A stretch of 59,902 nt of DNA, the filler included, from Platydemus manokwari (taxonomy: Eukaryota): the NCBI GenBank assembly GCA_037951405.1. It is 6 parts of 6 records of this genome, joined end to end, with 100 filler letters (N's around TTAATTAATTAA, not from the genome) between each part and the next. Parts side by side here need not be neighbours in the genome. Positions count along the whole stretch, not along the records: positions 50,561 to 59,902 come from JBBMOY011261763.1; 5 more parts are not named here. One strand, written 5' to 3'. Of this stretch, positions 51,831 to 59,902 are shown piece after piece. Under the pieces are notes generated by a model that had not been told where the DNA came from, made no database searches, and saw only the letters and a program-made list of their open reading frames with translations. Each line of letters opens with the position of its first letter. The stretch's first letter is position 1. The translations under genes were made by a program, and so were the position numbers.

Positions 51831-54553
51831 TATTTTAATTGGGTTTTTTTCATTGAAAAATCAAGTTTTCTTCCACAAAATTTCTCTGACTCCACTTTTT
51901 CTACTATTTCCAATGAATTTATTGTTGTTGTCGATATGTTGTAATGAAATGGTTAGTCGCACATGATTATTATTGTAGAATGATCTCGGCAACGAAAATA
52001 TATTATTGTGTTGATAATATCACATGATGCAAATATAATAATAGCTTTTGATATGTACTCAATTTTTTGTGTACTTACTCGTGATCATCACCCCCATCAT
52101 GCCCCCCGCTACAACTACAATGATAATGTTGATGATGATGATGATCACCTCGCTACCATCAACACCGTCACATCATCATTATCATCATCAGATCTCATTA
52201 CCACATCCCTAATGAAATCGAATTATTAACTCCGTCTGATCTTGATGTTAGGAGAAAACTGATGATGATGATGATGATGATGGTGATGGTGATGATATGA
52301 AATTCATTTGCCTATTGAAATTAACGGGGAAAAATTTTTCCTATATTTTTGACGAATTTCTCTCAATAGTGTGATCAGCTAAGTGGTGAAATATTCGAAT
52401 AATTGACTTTCTGGTTTTCGCTGTACTTTTAGATTAGCAATCGTGATCATATTACTTGTTATCATTGTTGTTTTTGAGCCAGCGTTTCAATTCAGTTAGT
52501 GATTGAATAATTGGTTTTATTGATTTGTTTATATTGACCATTATTTATTTATTTATTTTCTGATAGAAATAATAATATTTTATAAATAAATATAATATTT
52601 TCCTTAAATATTCTATTCTATTATTTTTCCCAAACATTATAATAATATTATTATTTATTTATATTATAGAATATTTATTTGTTTTAAATGGCGTAATTTA
52701 TTATGTCTATTCTTTATTATTTTTATTAATTTATATAATATTATTTTTGATAATATATTTTACTAATATTTATGTATAATTTACTTCATTATTTTATCAC
52801 TTTAATTTTTTATTTATATTATGAAATCCTTTTTGTTTTAATCAGCCATAATATTATTTTCTTATAAATATATTTTTATATTATTTAAATAATTATTTTT
52901 TTAATATTTTATTGTAATTTTTATAATTTTCTTTATTAATTAATCATGATTTATTAATATTATTATTAATTTATTTAAAAATATCAATATTTTCTATATA
53001 ATTTATTGATTTTATGTTAAAATATTGTCATTATATATGATTATGTTTATTATTATATTATTATCGATTTGTTGAATAAATCAATAATATTTTCTATATA
53101 ATTTATTGATTTTAAATTATAATATTGATATATTTATTAATAAATTTTATACGGTTATATTTATTATAATATTATTTTAAAGCTTAATCGAGTGTTATAA
53201 TTTATTTATATTATATAATGCTAATAAATTATTTGGGAATACAAATGGAATTACATTTTATTTTCTACTGCTGCTTCTGAGAAAGGTGAGAGAAAATTAA
53301 CCGATCAACTTTTTTGCAATAGATTCTGTGGTGGTTTATTTTCATTGATATTCGATATCAAATATGTTTATCGTTAATGGAAATAATTGGTCAAAATTTA
53401 TTTATATTTAATAATAAAATTGGTCTGCTTATAAATATGAGATTAGAATTCCAAAATATTTTCAAATGATTGTTTTATCGATATTGTTTTTTCATTGGTC
53501 GATTATTGGATTAAACTATTGTAGGTACTTAATCATTGATTGAGTAACCCGATTTATGGTGATAGATGTCTGTGTCTGGTGTGATTATATAATAGCAATG
53601 ACTTGCATTAGAATTTGCAGCCAATAGTGTGTACATGTGTGTCTGTGTGTTTGTCCAGAGTGCTTCTTAAGATGAAGTGCAATCGGTGACAGTTTTTATC
53701 TTGACATCGCTATTAGTGAACAAAACTTATTAGGTTTCGTTTGGTCAATGCACAGCCAGAATATTGTAAATGGTCCAGACACAGTTATTAAAATATATTT
53801 TGATTACGTAACAGAATTCAATCATTTCTTGGCATTTCAAATCGATAAACTTTGTAGTTTCATAACTGTTTCGATTTTTTCTTGGATTTGTATTGTTTAT
53901 GTCGGGATTTATTGATTGGTTTTTTATCATCATAATACTTGGGTGGTATCGGGTGAATGACATTAGTTTGCTTTACTAAATCAGACAAAGAATATGTCAT
54001 GTTCGGTTGCATGAGGCTACATGGGTAGCAAAACAACATTTCTGAGTTTTAACCGTTTTATTGAGATGTGTAAATTGTGTTGCTGAAAGAAAATCATTTT
54101 CTTGTCAGCTACATGGATGTGATAACAAAATATTTCTCTGACTGGACTTTCGTTTCGATAATGTTGCTGTTATGTCTGGTTTTTCAAAGCATTTTGTAAA
54201 ACCAGATTCATATTATCTAGTTCATCCACCAAATGTAGTTAAATGTAGTTGATTTAAACCATAGAAAAGATTATCTCTTCTTGACTGGGGAAAGAGAATG
54301 CTTTATATGTCAGTGAATGTGTACTGTGATACTTTCCCATACCATATTTATCATCACATATTCTTAATCTTAATCCATCCAATTAATAGAGTTCCAATCT
54401 ATTGATATTTTATTAAAATCTGGGTATCCGTATCATTCCTTGACCAGCATGTAACATGACCAGACTGTAATATTTGAAAAAAATCCCACGTATTACTAAA
54501 ATCCAATTTCTCATCATCAAATAAATCATCATATTAACATCGTATTATTTTAG

Positions 54554-57500
54554 AACGAAAAACAACTTGGAGTACAATGAGCCACACCCAACAGAATCTA
54601 TCGATGAAATTACCTGCAGCATATGTCTACAGGAGATGAATATATCTCAATTATTGATATTCTGCCATAACTGTAGCAACGAGTTTCACAAGAAATGCAT
54701 CCTAATATGTAAGTTTATTGTATAGAATGATGATAATTCCTTGCCTAATGGGTTATTTATCAATTGTCTTTCTTTCACTGGGTTTATCGTTTATCCTTTG
54801 AATTTACCACAATATTTACATCTATTGTTTTCCTTTGTTTCTCTTTCTGTCGACTTTGTTTATGTTTGGCCACGATTTTGAAATGTTTATCAAGCGGATA
54901 CTGTGAAGATTTGTCATGTGTTTCACAGTTATTTGTTTAGGATATATAAAAATAGTAGGCTAAGGAACTTGGACAGGAAACGGAATGATATGACAACACA
55001 GTTCACTTTACCAATCGACCAAATTTATTTCATTATTATCGATAATAATTATTAATAACAACCGAATTGATTATATTTAATAGTAAAACGAGAAGTTAGT
55101 AATAATATTAACAATAAGTATGAAATTTATATGGCGTCGTATAAATTTAGTATGAGGTGACAGTGATGCTCGGATATTAAATCGTCAACATCAGTGTTGC
55201 GTGACGCTTAAAATGACGTCGATTTCGGCATTGAGATCACCATTTAATAATGACAGATTATAATATCATGGCTCTCTCTTTATCGCTTTGTTTCTCAATG
55301 GATCACTCGTGTTGAATCAACGATCGAGAAATGAAATTATTCAAACCTCGATTATATGACTCCATGGATAAAGCAGAGAAGGTAAATAGCAAAATCAATG
55401 AAGCATTATCTCGTTGGATTTAATGTGGCTATTTGTTCTCAAAAATATGTAAATGTATTGGCTATCACATTACTGGTGAATGCCAAATATCATCTCGACC
55501 TGATAAAGTGCATCACCACGCACTGGTAAAAATCATTGATTTCTTTCAAATTAACATTCTCTCGTCACGACATTTCTTATTGCTTGTTCACGGTTCTATC
55601 ACGAATGAGTAAAAACGTGCTGGTTTTGCGCAATGAAATGTTTTCCATCATAATTAATGATGTTGTTTACTTTTAATATATTTTTTTAATCCTTGTCCAT
55701 GTGTGCGTGCGTGTGTGGAATTGCGGTTCTTTAAAAGTAGACCGAAAAATACATATATTAACGAATGAAGAGATGGTAGTTTGATAGAGGAATTTGATGT
55801 GTATTTCTGCCAAACAAATTCTCAACGTTTTCTTTCACTGGATAATAATCTCTATTTTGGCATATTTCTTTGGAATTTCTGTGGTTTTATGGAATGAATC
55901 AGTGAAAAATTCGAAATTAATGTGTACTTTAAAATTCCATTCACCTTCATTATTCATCAATGTTCTATAATTATCGATATCCGATTAAGGAATTTAACCT
56001 TTAATTATTCTGCGAAAATAATAATATCAGCATTTATAATAATAATAATAATAATAATAATATTGATAATAATAACATTAAGTCATGTACTTACTCGATA
56101 TTAACGTGCTCCTATTTCTTATCTCGCATCTTATTGAGGTTAAACGTATATCTTTTAGGGTGCAACCACAAGGATCGAATTGATTTTAAGAAACTATAAA
56201 TGAAGGCTAAGTTCTATCGCTTCTCCTCAATTACCAGTTTGGAAAATCCTCCTTGATGTATGACAACATCCAGTTACACATGAGGTTGCTTTACTTAACA
56301 AACACAACAACACTAATTGTACCATACGATGCCATTATCTTACCATCTAACAATCACATTGGTGGCAAGAAATAACTCATCTTCTTATCATGTTTTCTAA
56401 GTCTGGTTGAAATGCTAAATCTCTGTATTTGACCACAGCACTTATACATATTTCGATACGGTCTGAATATGTTAGAAACTTCAAACCCGAAAATAAACTT
56501 TCGCATACTTTTAGCTACACAGTTCGAACACAACCACAAAACTGACGATTCATCTTTATTTCATGAATTTTGATTTTTGTGGTGTAAAATTTAATAAACC
56601 ATTTTTCGTTCATTGTGCACTAACGGTTATTCCGATCTGTGCTGATCAGCTTTCAGTTAATACACGATCATGGCCTCGTTTCACCTGCGAGAGTCGATCT
56701 CCGAACTTATCAGAACTTTATCTTATTCCCTTAATTAACTGAATTTCATCATATTTTTATTTTTATATTGGAATCTATTTTGTAAGTATTTTTTGTTATT
56801 ATTCTTTTTAAAATTTTGCATTTTTTTATTAATAATATTAATAATAAATATTATTATTATGGTATGGTGATAATAATGTCAATAGTTACTCCATAGGGAA
56901 CTCCAATATATAGTCTATTTATTGATTGATTCCGTAGTGCTTCCTTTTGATCAATATGACGATGGACTTAGGATCACAATCACACGCTACAACTATTCAT
57001 CCATTGATAGGTTGAAGGATGATAACATTTCGTGGACATTCTTTATCTTTCAACACAATAATAATAATTATTATTATTATTATCATTGTTGTTATGAGGT
57101 AATACACATTAGTTTTTGAAAGTTTACAGGTTATATAAATGGTCAACTTATAATAATGTTGGTATAAGTTGTATTTCAGACTTTTTTTGAGTTTTAAGCT
57201 TGATTTCATTTTAATTTCATTATTATTTGACTCTAAGTTTTGATTATTTTTTTATGATATTAATAATAATAATAGCAGTTATAATAATTGTGATAATAAT
57301 AACAATAATAATATTATAACCAATGTTTCGATAATATAATATTTTGTCCAAAATTGTAGATTTGATTTCCATTTTATAAAATGTGGTAGTCGATCAATGT
57401 TTTTATTCTGTCTACCAGCAGTTACACAGCTCCAATGATATTCATGTTTATTATTAGTATGGGTTGAGAAATCTTATGTAATGTTACAGTTTTTGCAATG

Positions 57501-57900
57501 CTCTATAATTTTTTGGGAGTAATTTTTTCAAAATAATTAATCTAATTTTATTCTATACGGTAACGAAATTGAATTTATGTATCTTTGATCAGGGATGAAG
57601 GAATGCAAAAAGAACAATGAGCCATTGACTTGTCCACTGTGTCGTAAATCGTGGCCTTCTGATGATTTTAGTAAGGATGTTGTCAGTCCAACTGCTATCG
57701 ATTCAAATTTTTTTGTTCCTCGATCTCATTCTACAGCTACATCACTTCAACATATCAATAATCATTTGGAAAAGGCCAATATGGCCTCTTCCACTTCAGA
57801 CCTATCTTCGTCCAATTTCACTTTCAACCTCGGTGGATCGAAACACAATATTAACGTTTCATCAAATCATAAACAGCTCGGCTACTGTTTTCCGCCCGAT
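54554..57900 (+). CDS. MAP3K1: MEKK1/MAP3K1-like, two internal exons (54554-54708, 57593-57900) encoding the RING/PHD finger
   Basis: Spliced T|GG gives CSICLQEMNISQLLIFCHNCSNEFHKKCILIWMKECKKNNEPLTCPLCRKSWPSDDF. This closely follows the MEKK1 RING as I recall it (CPICL..[39 protein letters not shown]). Splice sites are canonical. Confidence 0.85.
56241..56375 (+). mobile_element. pogo/Tigger DDE_1 transposase remnant in the MAP3K1 intron
   Basis: KSSLMYDNIQLHMRLLYLTNTTTLIVPYDAIILPSNNH matches LLxxDNxxxH..LxFLPxNTTxxxQPxDxxII. Confidence 0.55.
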
Positions 57901-58259
57901 GTAAGAGAATTTTGATTTTTCTTAATGATTTTATTATTTTATACATCAATATTGTTATTATAATAAGATTTAGTGACGATTTTATCAATTATTTTAAAGG
58001 TTAAAAGCTTGTGTCGATTTGATTTCATTAACGTTTATATTTGGTAGTCCATTGGTAGAACCATCGATTTAATAATATGATTCTAGAAATAAAAATTGCC
58101 GACATTTTGTATACTAGTTTATTAGAAAATTTGAATTGAAATCCTTCACATATCCGTACTTTCAACCTTTAATATAGATTCCACAACGGTTTAAACAAAG
58201 AAAAAGAAAATCCTCATTTATGTATCTACTATTAGTAGCAAATTTAAAGCAGAGGACAG

Positions 58260-59250
58260 AATAATAGAAAACCTTTGTTTTTTAAACCAGGTTTGTGCTA
58301 CATGTAGGAGTATTAAGATTTTTCAATTAGAGATCCTGGTCACAGAATGTTTCACTGTAAATCGATGTATGGTTTGAGATCAGGAACCAATTTGAAGTTC
58401 ATCGACAGTGACAATGAAAGTTATCAGCCATTATTGTTGACAAATCCATTGATTGGTTTAAATATCGATTAACAGATGCTTTCAACAAATCCATATGATA
58501 GAAGAATATTTCTATTGTATTATAAAGATTGTGTGTGTGCGTGTGTCAATATTGATGGTATTGATATTTGGCATCAGAGACAAGTGAGCATCTCATCATT
58601 GACATATATCTAATATAAGCAAAACCTTCACTATTATTTAAGATGATAAAAGGCAAAATGCTATTTCATATACTATTGTCGAATTCATAATTCGACTGAC
58701 CTATTCATAATCCTGATGCAAGAATTGGTATGAATTATATCTTGGTAACGAAACGTAATTAGATTTATTACAATATACTAATTTATCGGAGAACATATTC
58801 CCATCATTAATCGTATGGTTTTCGATGGGTCTAGGTGTCAATTCTTGTAATAGATAACAGATTTTATTTCACTTGATGTTTGACCTGAAAATTAATAATG
58901 TCTTCTGGCAGTTAGCTTCTTATAACAGCTGCAACTGTTCTTGTTTCTGGTGTGATCTCGTATTTTGTTGTGAAATTCTGGGATTGACTGTGAAATGGCG
59001 AATGTGAATATGATTGTGTTAATCATTGTGGAGTATATTTTACCAATAAAAATGCCAATATCGATTATTCTACGATTAATATTGATGTCAATAAGAAATA
59101 TTATCATTCGTTATTGATTTAAAGTTTGCAGTCAAATTTTATAGTCGAGATAAACATTATTTCGTCTAACCAATGCTTCAAAGGTTTATCAGAATTGACT
59201 TTAAAGTAAATCGAGATAGTTTATTGATTTTGTGCAACTGATCTGGAAAT
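58260..59250 (-). mobile_element. Decayed RTE-like LINE reverse transcriptase
   Basis: PLKHWLDEIMFI..NRRIIDIGIFIGKIYSTMI (cf. PxxW..NYRxIxLL..GKIYxxII), followed by ILLSYGFVE..SNWFLI. Confidence 0.5.
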
Positions 59251-59902
59251 AAATAGGATTACTCAATGAAGAATAATCCATTTATTAATTATCTTTTATC
59301 TTATGGTTAAGTCATAGTTAAAATTAATAATGTTTTTATTTCATTAAATTATTTCATGTGATTAAAATTCTCTTCTTCATTCTCAGATATTACGCTTAAA
59401 AATACTTCCTAATTTAATTTTACGAGAATCAATAAAATTTATCGATTGATTCCAAACTATTGAGTCAGTTCTGAAGTAAGAACAAGTTGAAATATCCGCT
59501 AAATCTCATATAAATTGGCGTTTTTCTAGAAATTTCCAATGTATCGATAACTTGTGTTGGTAGTAGTCATTTCACTTAAATTGTTAGAATGATCTAATGC
59601 ACTCATTATGGCATTTATTAGAAAATATTTCTAAAAATCAGATTATTTAAACCAATTAAAATATTTTCAAGAGAGGTTTAAACAATGTCTGTTCTAATCA
59701 GAATTATACATTTTAATTTCTTCATTAAAATCATGCTAATTAATCAGAATATTACTTAATTATTAAATTTAAAAATAATTAGTTTTTAATATATTGTTGT
59801 GAAGATATTTCGGCTTAAGTTAAGTAAAAGGGTCCTTTGACCCAATTTTAAAGTAATGACTTTTCGTGAGTTTTTTTATATTAAAATTTATTTCTAATGA
59901 TT

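Noticed and set aside
52008-52300. His/Asp/Ser-rich ORF
   Set aside because: Derived from (ATG/CAT)n microsatellites.
10059-57915. A co-located ubiquitin/immune cluster (TRAF, tandem RING, MEKK1) or ion-channel cluster (unc-79, TRPC)
   Set aside because: The genes lie on different contigs separated by artificial linkers.

Overview
This window is eukaryotic, very AT-rich animal DNA, not a prokaryotic locus. The 40-55 nt introns, (AAT)n microsatellites and gene content suggest a triclad planarian-like flatworm (inference). It is also not one continuous region: five identical artificial 100-nt linkers (44 N + TTAATTAATTAA + 44 N) join six unrelated contigs (1-9175, 9276-18167, 18268-30899, 31000-41263, 41364-50460, 50561-59902), so adjacency across linkers carries no meaning. 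Spliced genes reconstructed by hand: a 5' part of a CLK/LAMMER kinase, six exons of unc-79, a complete six-exon TRAF gene apparently nested antisense in an unc-79 intron, an unidentified two-exon gene end, a complete SYAP1/Sap47 gene that needs a GC-AG intron, an intronless 431-aa protein made of two RING + helical units, one TRPC channel exon, and two exons of MEKK1/MAP3K1. The rest is decayed transposons (Gypsy, RTE- and R4/NeSL-like LINEs, pogo, Tc1/mariner), pseudogene fragments and microsatellites. I found no convincing novel multi-gene system. The best leads are the tandem-RING protein, the nested TRAF (His-to-Cys RING, exon-duplicated coiled coil), the SYAP1 GC-AG intron and the CLK frameshifting exon. 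All family calls come from remembered motifs, not database searches.
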